Assembly (NCBI GenBank): GCA_946965045.2 | Contig: OX337232.1 | Span: forward strand, 62,001-126,000 | Origin: Epithemia pelagica | Lineage: Eukaryota; Protista; Bacillariophyta | Direction of reading: 5' to 3' | Length of the DNA stretch: 64,000 nt | In this document: positions 46,077 to 59,271 of the stretch, piece by piece | Layout of the letters: each line of letters begins with the position of its first letter | How positions within the stretch are numbered: position 1 is the stretch's first letter | Translations under genes and position numbers: made by a program | The notes under the pieces: model-generated | Database searches by the model: none | Told to the model about the DNA's origin: nothing | The model's input: the letters and a program-made list of their open reading frames with translations, nothing else

Positions 46077-49000
46077 TTGTCAGTAGAAAGAGACTCAGGA
46101 GTACACGTAAAGTTTGTAGGCCAATTGGAGCAAGGTAGCTTGACCGACTGTTGACAAGTCAGGAACGTGTGTCTGTCGAGCGTTGTCCTGGAGCTTATCG
46201 GTCTCTGTTTGGTTGCGTTTGCAAAGTCTGCACTGTGGTTCCAATCAGCCGATTTTCCTCTGTGATCTCATCGTCATGAGAATTTGACATTCTTGAGGAG
46301 GGTCTCCTTTGAAAGATCAAAAGTCTTGGTGAATTCATGAATCGATGGAAAGGGGATTGACTCTAGTGACGAGGACCGTAGAAGGAGTGCCTCACAAAGT
46401 CCCATCGCTAGTACAAGAAGTTACAACATCCAGACGATCGAACACTGTATCGACGCACACGGCCATCGCAGATAAGCACATCACAGATCCGAAAATAAAA
46501 ACATTTACGAGAAGTGATCCTGAAACAGGTACATCCAAACACCGTTTCTTTAGTCCTCCATCATGTCTCCTTCCTTGTGTCCTTTGAGACTGGTTCCTTC
46601 TCCATGGACCACATACTGTCGGAGCTGATACAGCATAGTGTCCCAACTGTACATGAACATTCCAAGCATCCAAAGTCCAGATTCATTGATTGATTGATTG
46701 ATGTACGAGTTGCCTCATGACCAACGAACGACCGCTTGAATCAATGGTTTCTCAGACCAGAAACAGCATTCATTGGTCCTCCTGCTCTGTTTCCCACAAA
46801 AGCGATCGACCAGTTCTCTCAGTCATTCGTGTGGCAAACATGAGATTGGACATGGGTAGTCTAACCAGTAGAACACCATAACTCGTGTCGAACTCGTGTC
46901 GCGGAACGCGGCTTGCAACATGATACTCAGCAGTCGTCATTCTCGGGAATGAAAACGAGTCTAGCTCAACGATCGATACTCCAATCGGCTTTCATGGTCC
47001 CTGCTTTTCCAAACAGCAATGTGGGGAACTATGGACTCTCACCAACAACAACACACACAATGGTTTGGTAGGATTGTGTTGTGGCGTGCAGGGACAACTT
47101 TCGGCACAATGAAGATCATTGTCCGTCATGTCTCCACAGGGCAGGACGGAGTTAAGGTCTGCTTTTGGAACGTTGAGGGAGAAGTGATTGCTGATGCCAT
47201 AGAGACCTGCGGCACTGGTATTCTCAGACGGCCAAACGGATTCGGTCTCAAGCATAAAGAAGAGGCCCACCAGAACTGGAACCACGCGTTCTCGACTATA
47301 CTTTGTACACCCATTGGAACGACCACCCAAATATCTTGGCCATCGTTTGGACCATGTCCTTTCGGCAACCCAAATGTCCATTATTCTTGCTTTCCTTTTG
47401 TTTCCCCAGTTTTGGTTCTCGAGATTGTCCGAGCATATATGTTTCGGTTCGTTGTCGCACACTAGAATCGTCCATCCACGGACACCAAGCACACTTGCTC
47501 CATAGATCAACACAACCACGGAGTGTCTAGGCAGTCCGGATTCCTGCATGGGTGCTCCCACAAGAATCCTGGCATTGTAGTACCGACAATGTGTGTGTCA
47601 GCAACCGTCGAGGAGCATCCTCCGTTGGTTGTCCGCAAGCAGCTTTTTGTCCTTCTTCATGGTGTTTCTGTGGTTTGCCACCTCGTTGTGCGCTTCCTTG
47701 TTGGAGAATGCCTCACACACGGCCCGAGTCTCGAGTTGCTCATAGCGATTGAGATTCCACGGTTTCCCATGGAGTATGGTAGTGGATTCCAGCATTCTTC
47801 TCTCGTTGGCGATGATCGTCCTCTGTCTCTACGAAAGGGAAAGAGTGAGCACGTTCGTCTCGGTCGGCGCGCCTGCGAGCCATTCCAGACCTCGTTCCGC
47901 GACCAACATCGGAGTCCCATGGGACTCCACAGATTTGGGGGGACGGAAAAAAGATCGCGAAAACGCACACACAAAAGATACCTCCACCATATGTCGGCGT
48001 CGTTCTGTGCCGTCGTTTGCAAAAGATGGACCGTTTGGCCTTCTGGCAGCCTGTTCTGCTGTTTCTCTCTAGGTGTCTCCGTGGAAAAAGTAAAACGAGA
48101 GAATCGACTTGAATCGAATCAATCCATCAGGTCCAATCAAACATTATGCGCTTGTCGAATTTCCAAAGCGTGGGCAAGACGTTCCTGTGTTCCAGACTGG
48201 CTCTGAAACAACAACGACTTGTCGTCGTCGTGTGTTTGGTCGTTGCGTTGGATTCACGGTCGAGGAATCCATTTTGGCGGAACGCACGATGAAACGCCAA
48301 GAAGGGATTCAAGACGATACATGCTCCACTGTGCTCGGTCGGAAAGGTTTTTGGGTGGTCGGCCAAATGGGTGGTGGTGTGTACGATGAGTACTACCTAG
48401 ACAACGCATAGAACGACTACTGGTACCAGTTCTGGTGGGCCTCCTTTTGGTATGCTCCCCATTGGGTGGTCGCTCAAGGTCCGACCGACCGATCATTGGT
48501 ACACGGAGGATGCTCCACAATCCACTGTGTTTGTGTGTGTGTTTTGGAGCAGCAAGACGAGACGAACGAAAGAATCGCCCACTGGTCGTCGTCGTCGTTG
48601 TCTAGGGGTAATGATTTCCCATAGGCGCTTGGCGTCCTTTCGAACATGAATGGACGATTCTCTCGTGTGCGACCACCAACCAAACGCCGTTTTCGTGCTC
48701 TGCAGGACGAACCATCTCGAGAACCAAACATGGTGGGGAACGTTTGGAATGGCCTGTGAATTCGAGAGGACATGATGTCAAGAAATTCGGGCGGTCCTAA
48801 TGAGTGTATTACACGAGGAAAACGCCTGGTTCCAGTTCCCCGTGGGCCTCCGTTTCATTGACTCCCCGTTTGGTTGGTCGGGACGAAATTTTTTGTACAG
48901 TACACGACACGGAGCATGGTGCTCCACGATCCACCGGGCCGAATCACACACACAAGGCTGTGGTGACCATACAATCCAATCCAAATGGGTTTCTTTCGGA

Positions 49001-50048
49001 AACCAATGTTCGAACCAATCCATGTCACAATTAACTCGTGTGTGTGGTTCCATCCTGGAGAGAAACGCGCTGCGCCCTTTTTGCAGCAAGAGGATGACTC
49101 CTCTACCACAACGTCACATGAAAGGAGACCACGCGCTATCTATCCCAACGCGCACACACACATGTCTGGAACTGCCCTCAATGGTCCAACAATGAAAAAA
49201 AAACAGCAGAACCAACTGGTGGTTTCGCCTTTGGATCGTGGTACCAAAATTTCCGGAATCATCCGTGCCCATCCCGATATCGCTTTCGGGTGTGGTTGTT
49301 CACAGCCAAGAGAGTTGTCGTCGTTTCCTTGAAAAAGCGTTTGCCTGCATCGAAGGAGAGTCCAACCAAGCCAGACAACGTTCCAAGAAGGAGAGCACTC
49401 GACACACGCAACAGCAACCACACACGCACCACCCAAATGGAGACCAACAAAGCCTCTACTACAATCGTGTGGACTCCACACAAAGTTCGGTTCCTACGAT
49501 CTCGAGTGGAAAGAGAGGTGGAGTTTATACAGGTCCCTTTCACAAGGAGGCGACCACGGAACGCGACGGTTGCCGAACCAGTACTACGGATTTCGTTTTT
49601 GATCGAGAGTATACGTGTTGCACACTCGTTTTGTCGGACACACGATTGTTGACCCACCATAGACTCGACACAACACTCACACGCTCCTACATCAATCAGT
49701 GCGGCGTCTTCCACAACGAGAAACACTCCACGGTACGCCAAACCACGGCCGAACTGAACGTGTGCATTTCGAATCGTGAGCACCTTGACAGTCGAAGCCA
49801 GTCGTTCGAATATGGAACCTATTCCACGTTCCCAACCATTGGCGTGGTCCCACACGATCCTTATTGCTTGACTGTCAAATCCACTTGGAGGAACGTGGAC
49901 AAGATTTTGGACCCCTTATAGCGAAAGATTGAGTACAGCACGTTTTCAGGTTTTGCGGTAAAACAACAACCAGCTGCGATACTTGAGCAAAAGCACAAGA
50001 TCATTTTTCGCATTCGTGTCTTTATTCCTGGAAAAAACAATCATTATC

Positions 50049-50918
50049 ATGCTTTCGAAAGGAGTCCTCTGGAACAGCATGGTTCGAAAGCACCTCCGGG
50101 CTGCTTTTGCAGTCCATCATCATCGTGGCGTGGCGTTTTTGGTCGAAGGACTCTCGGTGGATGTACCACAAACACTGTTGGACCAGTTCCCGGACACCAA
50201 GTTCGCCAAACTCGCAATGGGAAGTCAGGCGAAGGAAGACGAGCCGATTGAGATTGATATTGATTTGCTCCATTTTCGCTACATAATTGATTACATGCGC
50301 AACGGAAAAGTAACGCTTGCGCATCCGGGCATGGTGGACAAGGAATCCTTGAGGACAAAACTGGATAAATTTGGATTTCAGGATACAAATGGCCTTCTGG
50401 TGGAGAATACTGACACGTCATTTAGCTCCACAGCAATGCATGCCAAGAAAAACCTCGATATCCTGCAGTCCGAATGGGAATCACGTCTAGCAGCTGTTTG
50501 CAACGAACATGAAGCAGCTACAACGTCAAAAGAAAAAGCCAGGCAGATCTACAAGTACGGTTGCTTAGCCGCAGCGCGATTTTTGTTTTTCGAACACTTG
50601 AGGACCAACGAACTGGAACTAATTTTCTCAATGTGTGCAGGAGGCCATGTTACGCAACTTCAAACAATCCATACCTGTGTTTACAACGGCAACGATTTCG
50701 ATCCGAAACCTGATTTTGGTATAAAACACTTGGACGGGGTTTCCGAAGACGACGAGGATGATCATGAAGATATCAAATTCATGATCGAACTCTGTGAGGA
50801 AGATAGTGAGCTTAGAAATTACCATCAAGACTGTATGATGTTGTATGGTTTGGAATATACGAAGCTGCGAACGAATCGGTCGTTTGGTTTGGTGACGTTG
50901 AAACCGGCTTTGAGATGA
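50049..50918 (+). CDS. BTB10
   Basis: VAFLVEGLSVDVPQTLLDQFPDTKFAKLA...HFRYIIDYMRNGKV, then YHQDCMMLYGLEY; ATG at 50049. Confidence 0.9.
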   Translation: MLSKGVLWNSMVRKHLRAAFAVHHHRGVAFLVEGLSVDVPQTLLDQFPDTKFAKLAMGSQAKEDEPIEIDIDLLHFRYIIDYMRNGKVTLAHPGMVDKESLRTKLDKFGFQDTNGLLVENTDTSFSSTAMHAKKNLDILQSEWESRLAAVCNEHEAATTSKEKARQIYKYGCLAAARFLFFEHLRTNELELIFSMCAGGHVTQLQTIHTCVYNGNDFDPKPDFGIKHLDGVSEDDEDDHEDIKFMIELCEEDSELRNYHQDCMMLYGLEYTKLRTNRSFGLVTLKPALR

Positions 50919-53484
50919 ACGTAACACTGTTGGTGGACTATTTTCGTACCCCCTCGCCGTGGGGCTGGTATGTCGGATGTCATGGAGGAATTGCAGCACG
51001 TTTGAAAACTGATTTAAAATGCTTGACAGACCATAGTATGACAATGCAAATCTCGTAATTCTACAACATTTCTCCATTCGTTTCTTGGTACTCAAATATG
51101 TGTCTTTTTGTGTTTCAAGTCATTCTTAGTCATTGTTGCCGATAGTGGCAAAAACTCTGTCAGATTGTCTGGAAGCTTCCATACACGTGGTTGTTGTTGC
51201 TGCTGATGTGTCTTGTTTTCTCAATGTCACTGAAAGAAGATATCTTGACGCTTTTTTTGTCGTCGACGACGATAACGACGAGTCCATGTCTTCGGGGCTT
51301 TTGTGTCGTGTTTGTGAATCTATTCCAAACGTGCACTGTTAGGGGTCGTTTTGTTGTGTTGTTGTAGTAACGACTGAACAGTCCTCCTCTTTCGAAATCC
51401 GACATGCATGATTGTTGACTCGACATGATTGGTAGATATACACACTATCGCTACGGCACTATAGGAGCATTCATTTGGATTGGGAAATAAGCGCTAGTTC
51501 CAAGATAACCATCATCTACGAGCTACGAGACCGTCTGTCGTTCCCGAAAGCAATAATACACGGTCTGTCACAGTCGCCGTGTCTTGTTGTCCTCAAAGAT
51601 CCTCCTTCATAGCAGCCGCAGGACACAATGTCGAGCTCCGTAAGGCTAACATCAAAACGATGACGGCGTCACCACCGATGGGGAAAAGTGATGGGTACCT
51701 TACCTTTTTCTGTTTTCCATATCCACAGTTTTTCCAATGAAAGCAGCTGGAGTCCCTCGGGACTCAAATCTTTGTGGTCGCGGAGAATAAACTGGAATGG
51801 CTCGCATGCGCGCCGACCGACGCCACGTTTACCACTTTTCTCTTTGCGAGCATCGCCAACGCATCTTGTTTCTCACAAAAAAAGGCATTCATTCCTTGAT
51901 CCTCCTGCTCGGTCTATCAAAACCGACCGACCGACCGTATTGTATCTCTCTCTCGCTATTTCTTTTGGTAATACGATAGAACACCGTAAATCGTGTCACG
52001 GAAAGTGACTTGCAATACTCAATTGTGAATGAATCAGAGTCCATTTGGATGACTCACAATACCATGCAATCGTTCTTCGTGGTTCAGGTGTCTCAACACA
52101 GCATACCCAAGAATGCCTGTTACAATCCTTCTCTCTATCATGATTCTCTGGATGCTATAGAGTGACATGGCAGATCCAATACACACCAGAACTTGTCGTC
52201 GGAGGCTGGTTGATCCATTCTCGCTTTCCCAAGACCCAACGGGTGAGAACACACTGTCGAGAACAAAAACTAATGGGGAAACATACCACAATTTTGCGCA
52301 GTAACCAACGATATGGGGCATCCTCCACAATCCACCGACCCGAACCAAAACAGGTGAATCCAAAAACGAAAAAAAGGCAGGGGATCCAACGGGTGTGTGT
52401 CAAAAACAAAACTCAAGTCCCCTATGGTACAATACAGTGGGAGAACAGAGAGAGCATAGAGAAACCGTGAACCCCGACAAAGACTGCATGTCCCCTGTTT
52501 CGTCGGCCGTTTTCGAGATAGAACATGACTATTGCCAGTGATTGGTCATGAAATATGGTACAGCAGACAACAACAACAATAACATTATACTGTGGGTCCT
52601 GGTGATTTGGTGCTGGTAGTCGTCGCATCTTTGTCGATGAACATGGAATAGCTTGGTTTTCCTTTTGGATCGTCGAACAAAGATGTTTCGAATCCTCAGG
52701 GCCAATCCAAACATTATCGGTTCGAAGAGGTTGAGTGGAGGAAGAGGAGGAGTGTCGTCGTTTCCTCGAAAAGGCACCGAGTCTGACACACACAAGTGTG
52801 TGCCTGTACGAAGGAGAGTACAACCAAGCCAGACAATGAGAGCACTCGACACGCAACAGCAATCACAGGCACCACCACACAAAGGTAGACCAAAAGCCCT
52901 ACAATCGTGAACTCTACCCAAAGTTCGGTTCCTGCGAGTTCGAGTGGAGGAAGAGGAGGAATACAGGTCTCGAGTCCATTCCACAAGGAGCGACCATGCA
53001 ACGTGACGGTTGTCGAACCAGTACTACGAATTTCGTTTGGATCGAGTACCGGTCGCAATCGAGTACCTGTCGCACATCCGTTTTGTCCGACAAACGATTC
53101 TGGGCCCATAGACTCCTCGACAAAACACGCACACGCTCCTACATCAGTGCGGCGTCTTCCACAACGAGAAACGCTGCCCGTACTCCAAACCAAGGAATAA
53201 CGGTACGTGCGTATTTCGAATCGTGAGCACCTTGACAGTCGAAGGCAGTCGTTCGAATATGGAACCTATTCCACGTTCCTAACATTTGGCGTGGTCCCAC
53301 ACGATCCTTGCGGGTCGTGCTTGACTGCCAATTCCGATCCCTGGAATTGTATCCTAGTGGCACATGTACAAGATTGGACAGACTGAGACAGCACGTTTTC
53401 AGGTTTTGCGGTAAAACAAGAAAAAACGATAGAGGGACATTTTTCGCATTCTTGGCTTTCTTCGAGGACCACACAATCATCATC

Positions 53485-54336
53485 ATGTTTTCGAAAGGAG
53501 TCCTCTGCAACAACATGGATCGAAACCACCTATGGGGTTCAAATCGGATGCCGACTACTAGGGCTGCCACTGTGGTCTATCATCGTGGCGTCTCGTTCCT
53601 AGTTGAAGGACTCTCGGTGGATGTGCCACAAACCCTTCTGGACAAGTTCCCGGACACCAAGCTAGCCAAACTTGCAATGGGCAGTCAGGTGAAGGATGAC
53701 GAACCGATAGCGATTGACGTCGATTTGCTCCATTTTCGCTACATGATTGAGTACATGCGCAACGGCGAGAAAGTCACCCTTGCACATCCGGGCATTGTCG
53801 ACAAGGAATCTTTGATGACAACGCTGGATAATTTTGGATTTCAGGATACAAGTGACCTCACGGTGGTGAATCCGGACACGTCCTTTGGCTCTGCAGTGAT
53901 GCATGCCAAAAAACACCTTGAAGTCCTGAACGCCGAACATAAATCACGCGAAAAAGCTCTCTGGAACGATATCAACACAGCTACAACAGCAAAAGAACGC
54001 GAGAAACACCGTTACAAGTCCAACTGCTTATACGCAGCGCAGTTTTTGTTTTTCGAACATTTGAAGACCAACGAACTGCACATAGATGTGCCGGAAGACC
54101 CGTTAGAGTGGCACTTCCACCATTACTTCCTTGAAACAATCTATGCCTATGTTTACAACGGTGAACACAACCAAGAAGACGAATCCATCAAATTCATGGT
54201 CGAGTGTTGTAATGAAGATAGTGAGCTTCGAAATTACCATCAAGACTGCATGATGCTGTATGGTTTTGAATATGAGGAGATGAATGTTTACAGGGGTATG
54301 TCCGTACTCTTGAAACCGTCTTTGAAATCAACGTAA
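53485..54336 (+). CDS. BTB11
   Basis: VSFLVEGLSVDVPQTLLDKFPDTKLAKLA...HFRYMIEYMRNGEKV, then YHQDCMMLYGFEY; ATG at 53485 by alignment to paralogs. Confidence 0.9.
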   Translation: MFSKGVLCNNMDRNHLWGSNRMPTTRAATVVYHRGVSFLVEGLSVDVPQTLLDKFPDTKLAKLAMGSQVKDDEPIAIDVDLLHFRYMIEYMRNGEKVTLAHPGIVDKESLMTTLDNFGFQDTSDLTVVNPDTSFGSAVMHAKKHLEVLNAEHKSREKALWNDINTATTAKEREKHRYKSNCLYAAQFLFFEHLKTNELHIDVPEDPLEWHFHHYFLETIYAYVYNGEHNQEDESIKFMVECCNEDSELRNYHQDCMMLYGFEYEEMNVYRGMSVLLKPSLKST

Positions 54337-55044
54337 CACTCTGGGTGGAGCATTTTCGGGTCTTTTTCTTCACAACGTGACTGGTTCTGTCGGTGGAATG
54401 GCAACACGTTTCAGTCTGGACAAAAAACGCTTGGGCAGTATAGACTTGTGAAAAGCAGCACTCGACGTAGGCCATTCCTTTGTGATTTTATACCGTGTCT
54501 CCACTAGTTGCATGGCACCGAACTATGCGTGTCTTGTTGTCTAATACCATAGGTTCTACTACCACACGCCCTGCAAGGAGACTCCCCTCCCTAATGGTAG
54601 ATGGTGGTTGCCGTCGTTGTATTTGTGTGTGTGCGGATTGTGGATTTCGTATTCCAAAGATACAGCCTCGTAGTAGGGGTCATTTTCCCTCGTGTCGTGT
54701 TGTTGTTGTTGCGGCTACTGCTTTGCTTGTTTCGTTGCAATACACTTGGCCCATTCGAGTTGTTGTGCCATCTCGTACAACCGTTTGTAGACACGATGCA
54801 AGGGTATACTCCCGTGGCGATTGTTGTTGGAGTCGTTGGAGCAGTGGCATTCGTGTCTGTTCCACAGACACACGTCGTCCTCCTCCTCCTTGTCCTTCTC
54901 ATTCGTTGGCCATCGAATCGTTGTCATATGCCTTGTTGGTACCCATCCAAAGGATGCCACAGTGTGCATGACGAATCCAAATCGCCCCGTCGACATTCAG
55001 CATTACGCGATTCCATGCATCCGTTTCCTTGTTCTTGTGTCATG

Positions 55045-55440
55045 CTATACTACTTTGTCTTTGTCGTTTGTTTCTGTTTCGTTGCGATACATGGCCTGTT
55101 CCAATTGATGCATTTCATACAACATTTCATGGACGCGATGCAAGGGCACTCCCTCCTGCGACATGGTTGCATTCTTGCCTACTGTCACGTCCGTTTCATT
55201 CGAACGTGGAATCGGAGTCATCATGCCTTCGCACCCGGTGCCTTCCAAAGGATCCCACAGTGGCAATTCCGACGCGTCCTCCAAATCGCCGCGTCGACAT
55301 TCGGCATTCCACGTTTCATGGATTCCAACAAGTTGGGATAAAAGGGATAAATACTGCATTGCCAGGGTCGAGCCGGATAAATTTGACAATGCTTGGTCTC
55401 CTCGTCGTAAAAGATGCAAAGTCTCGATTGATTGATTGAT
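55045..55440 (-). pseudogene. YkgJ/UPF0153 (CxxCxxCC family)-like C-terminal remnant, copy 1
   Basis: LCIFYDEETKHCQIYPARPWQCSIYPFYPNLLES, then a -1 frameshift at about 55318-55321 into W..ECRRGD...GCEG; N-terminal CxxCxxCC not found. Confidence 0.65.
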
Positions 55441-58006
55441 TGATTGATGGATCTAGAGGTACGGAGAGCATTGACCACGGACTGACTTGGACCATAACAA
55501 AGGAGAAACGGCGGTAGAAAGGACCCTGTCTCGGCATTGGTTCTTTTGTGCAATATGGATCCTTCGTGTTGAGATGGTCGCGCTTTGTGTGCACCAAGTC
55601 ATGGAAATCAACCGCATCGAGCATATCATCAAGTCGTGGGTTCCGAACCATTCTTCAGGAACGCAGGAACTATTGCAGTACGTGCGGAGTTGTAAGTTCC
55701 CGATGGGGAGTAAGTTCGGACAATTTGGTGAGTTGGCGTCGTAAGGATCTCGACGTTCCGACCACCATTGTCATGTTGTTTGTAAAGGTAAGACATTTTG
55801 ATTTGTGAATGTTTTGTTTTGAGAAGTTCTTGCCAACGAGAATGAAGAAGAAGAGTCCTCTCCGCTTTGGAAATTCGAAGTACATGATTGGCAACTGGAC
55901 ATGATGGATTGATTCGATTCCAGTCGATTCGAGGTTCTAGAGAATTGTCCAGACGTCGAGAGAAGCGCATCTCGTGTCTCGTTGTCTTGTGTGTAGTTCG
56001 AGGAGCTACACGACCGTCCGTCGTTCCTGAGAAAGTAAAACACACACCGTGTCTTGAGAGAGAGTCTTCTGAGAGTCTTTCTCCACGGCCGGGAGACATT
56101 AAGAGAGTAACAGCAGAAAAGGTTGCCAGAATGCGCCAAAGGTGAATCTCCGTACAACAAAAATACGACGAACGACGACGGCGACAGCCATGGTGGTATC
56201 TTTTTGGGATTTTCCCCCGTGATATGTGGTGTCCCCCTCCCCCCAAAGTCTCTGGAGGAGGGTCCCTTCCAAATGTTTCGGTCGCGGAAATAGAGGACCG
56301 GAATGGCTCGCAGGCGCGCCGACCGAGGCGAAGTGCCACACTCTTTATGGTTTTCATCGCCAACAACCGCACTCTTGCTCCTCGACGGTCGGTGGCACAC
56401 ATCCTTGTGGTCCTACTACTTCAGGTTGATAAACGTCGTGTATCGCGGCATCTTGTTGGAGCACACAATCAGGAATCAGGCATGTCAAGACACACCATGG
56501 TGGTGTGTTCGTTTTGGAGCAGCAAGGAAGAAATCGCCCACTGGTCGTCGTCGTCTGCTTTTCCACCAGGAATGGACGATTCTCGGGTGTGCGACCACCA
56601 ACCAAACGCCCTTTTCGTACTCTGCAGGACAAACAATCTCGAGAACCAAACATGGCGGGGAACGTTTGGAACAGCTCACCACGAATGGACCTTCGGATTC
56701 GACAGGACATGGTCGGCCAAAAGAATCGGGTGATCCAAATGGGTGTATTACACGAGCAAAACGCCTGGTTCCAGTTCCCGTGGACCTCCGTTTCTTCTAC
56801 TCTCTTTCTGGTTGGTCGGACCGACAGTTTGTACAGTGCACGACACGGAGCATGATGGTGCTCCACAATCCACCGGACTGGACCGGACCGAGCCGAACCG
56901 AACCACACACACACACACCAAACAATCGAATCGAAATGGGATTCTGTTTCCAAACCATTTTCGAAACAATCGATGCAACCACTCGCGTGTGCATCCATCC
57001 TGGAGAGAACTGCCTTGTCCCATTTTTGATCGAGAGGATACCAGCCATGACGACTTCTCCATCACAACGTCACATGAAAAGAGACCACCTTATATATCCA
57101 TCCCAACGCACACATGTTTGGAACCAGCCTCTAAGGTCCAAGAATAGAACAAACAGCGGAACCAACGGGTGTGGTGGATTGGTTTTGCCTTTTGGATCGC
57201 GTCGCACCAACATTTCCAGAATCATCCGTGTCCATCCCGATATCGCTTCCGGGTGTGGTTGTTCACGGCCAAGAGAGGTGTCGTCGATTCCTTGAAATGG
57301 CGCACAAGCGTGTGCCTGCATCAAAGGAGAGTACAACTAGTAAACAGACAAAGCGGAGCACTCGAGACGCAATAGCAAACACACACGCACCACAGAACTG
57401 TACACGGATACAGACCAAAGCCACTACTATACAATCGTGTGGACTCCACCCAAAGTTCGGCTCCTGCGAGTTAAGGAAGAATACATGTCTCGAGTCCCTT
57501 CCACAAGGAGCGATTATCGAACCTTTCGTGTTGATCGACAGTACCTGTCGCCTGTCGCGCATTTTTGTTGTCTCACACACGATTCTGGACCCATAGACTC
57601 CTCGACGCAACACACACACGCTCCTACATCCGTGCGGCATCTTCCAAGCAAGAGAAACGCTCCACGTACGCCAAACCACGGCCGAACGGAACGTGTGCAT
57701 TTCGAATCGTGAGCACCTTGGCGGTCGGAGCCTGCAGTCGTCCTACCATGGGACCTATTCCTACCCACACGATCCTTATTGCGGGTCGTGTGCTTGACTG
57801 TCAAACCCAATCCCTGTATCTTGGTGGCAAATGGACAAGATTGGACCCCTAACGAAAGATCGAGTGAAGCGCGCCGCGGCACGTTTTTAGGTTTTGCGGA
57901 AAAACCACAAACGGGTCCGATACTCTCGGGTACCAAAAGACGTCTCGTTTTCGAGTTTAGGTGAAGGATACAACAGCAAGAGACACACACAGTCATCATC
58001 ATCATC

Positions 58007-58894
58007 ATGTTTTGGAAAGGAGTCCTCTGGAACGCACTGATTCGAGACCACCTACCGGTTCTTCGAACTCATCAGATGCCGACTGCAGGAAGGGCTGCTT
58101 TTGCCGTCTATCATCGTGATCGCGGCGTCCCGTTCCTAGTGGAAGGACTGTCGGTGGATGTGCCACAAACACTTTTGGACAAATATCCCGATACCAAGTT
58201 AGCCAAACTTGCAATGGGCAGTCAGGCGGAGGAGGACGAGCCTATTGCGATTGACATTGAATGGAACCATTTTCGTTTCGTTATAGATTATATGCGTCAT
58301 GACAAAGTCGTTGTGCCGTACAAGAGCAGTGTCACCAAGGAGTCCTTGTTGAAGGCGCTTCTAAGTCTTGAGTTTGGTGATGAAGACAGTATCATGTCGT
58401 CAGGCGGCGGAATCCAGATGACAAATGAACCAGATCTGTCGGAAGAAGTCAAGAAATCCAAAATTTCAACTAGAGACGCGATCAAATGGCTGAATACTCT
58501 GGAAGACAAGCAAAACGCACGGATTTTGGCCGTGCAGAAAGAAAAGCAGGAAACTATACAAGACGGAAAGATTCTCGATTACAAGGAAAGTTGCTTTCGT
58601 TTGGCGCTTTCCCTTTTTCAAGAATACAGGAAATTGGGCTCCTTGACAATCCTAGTGTACCTGGTTCCCAATTGTGGAGCAGCCATGGCAGAGCTACATC
58701 ATAAAATTGAAGAACTCATGGTTGTGAAGGAGATTCCTCTCCAACATAAACGCAGGCCGTTCCATCATCTACCAGATAATTTCAAGATGATCCATCAAGA
58801 GTCATTGGCTTTGTTCGGTTTAAAATACCGTGACATTTCAATAGACAGGAACCGTGACATCCTAGTTAAGTTGGAAATTCTTTCGGACGCGTAA
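58007..58894 (+). CDS. BTB12 (295 aa)
   Basis: VPFLVEGLSVDVPQTLLDKYPDTKLAKLA...HFRFVIDYMRHDKVVVP, then IHQESLALFGLKY. Confidence 0.9.
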   Translation: MFWKGVLWNALIRDHLPVLRTHQMPTAGRAAFAVYHRDRGVPFLVEGLSVDVPQTLLDKYPDTKLAKLAMGSQAEEDEPIAIDIEWNHFRFVIDYMRHDKVVVPYKSSVTKESLLKALLSLEFGDEDSIMSSGGGIQMTNEPDLSEEVKKSKISTRDAIKWLNTLEDKQNARILAVQKEKQETIQDGKILDYKESCFRLALSLFQEYRKLGSLTILVYLVPNCGAAMAELHHKIEELMVVKEIPLQHKRRPFHHLPDNFKMIHQESLALFGLKYRDISIDRNRDILVKLEILSDA

Positions 58895-59271
58895 AACCGT
58901 CCTACGAACAGGTCATGCTGACATCTGATCGATGGAGTTTGTAAATGTGAGTAGTTTGCGAGTCTATGTACCTTCTGTTGCTCTTGATCTTGTCAGTCAT
59001 TGCACTCGTATAGCCGCATTGTCGGGCGATGTAGTGGCTGTACCAACCATCGTTGACAGGAATGATGCTGACATCCCCAAACATGTTGCTGGTGGACAAC
59101 ACAACGAACTTGCGCGGTCCCACACGATCCAAGTACACTGTGTAACAGACAGATCACAGCACACGAAAACCTGTGCGTACGGCAGCACGTTTACAGGTTT
59201 TGCGGTAAAACAACAAACGGGTACCAAACGACAGGGTCTCGTTTTTGAGTTTTCGTGGAGGAAAGAACAAG

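Noticed and set aside
9881-56915. Simple repeats and 16-21-bp doublets, e.g. (TTG)n at 9881, 10134-10166, 39115-39153, (TGAT)n at 46686 and 55428, (CA)n at 56903
   Set aside because: Ordinary slippage products with no further structure.
56303-57295. 330-aa ORF starting MARRRADR, and similar ORFs at 27070-27477, 49238-49921 and 51797-51979
   Set aside because: Frames and lengths are not conserved between paralogous blocks and no domain is evident. Only the 29-nt motif is kept as a finding.
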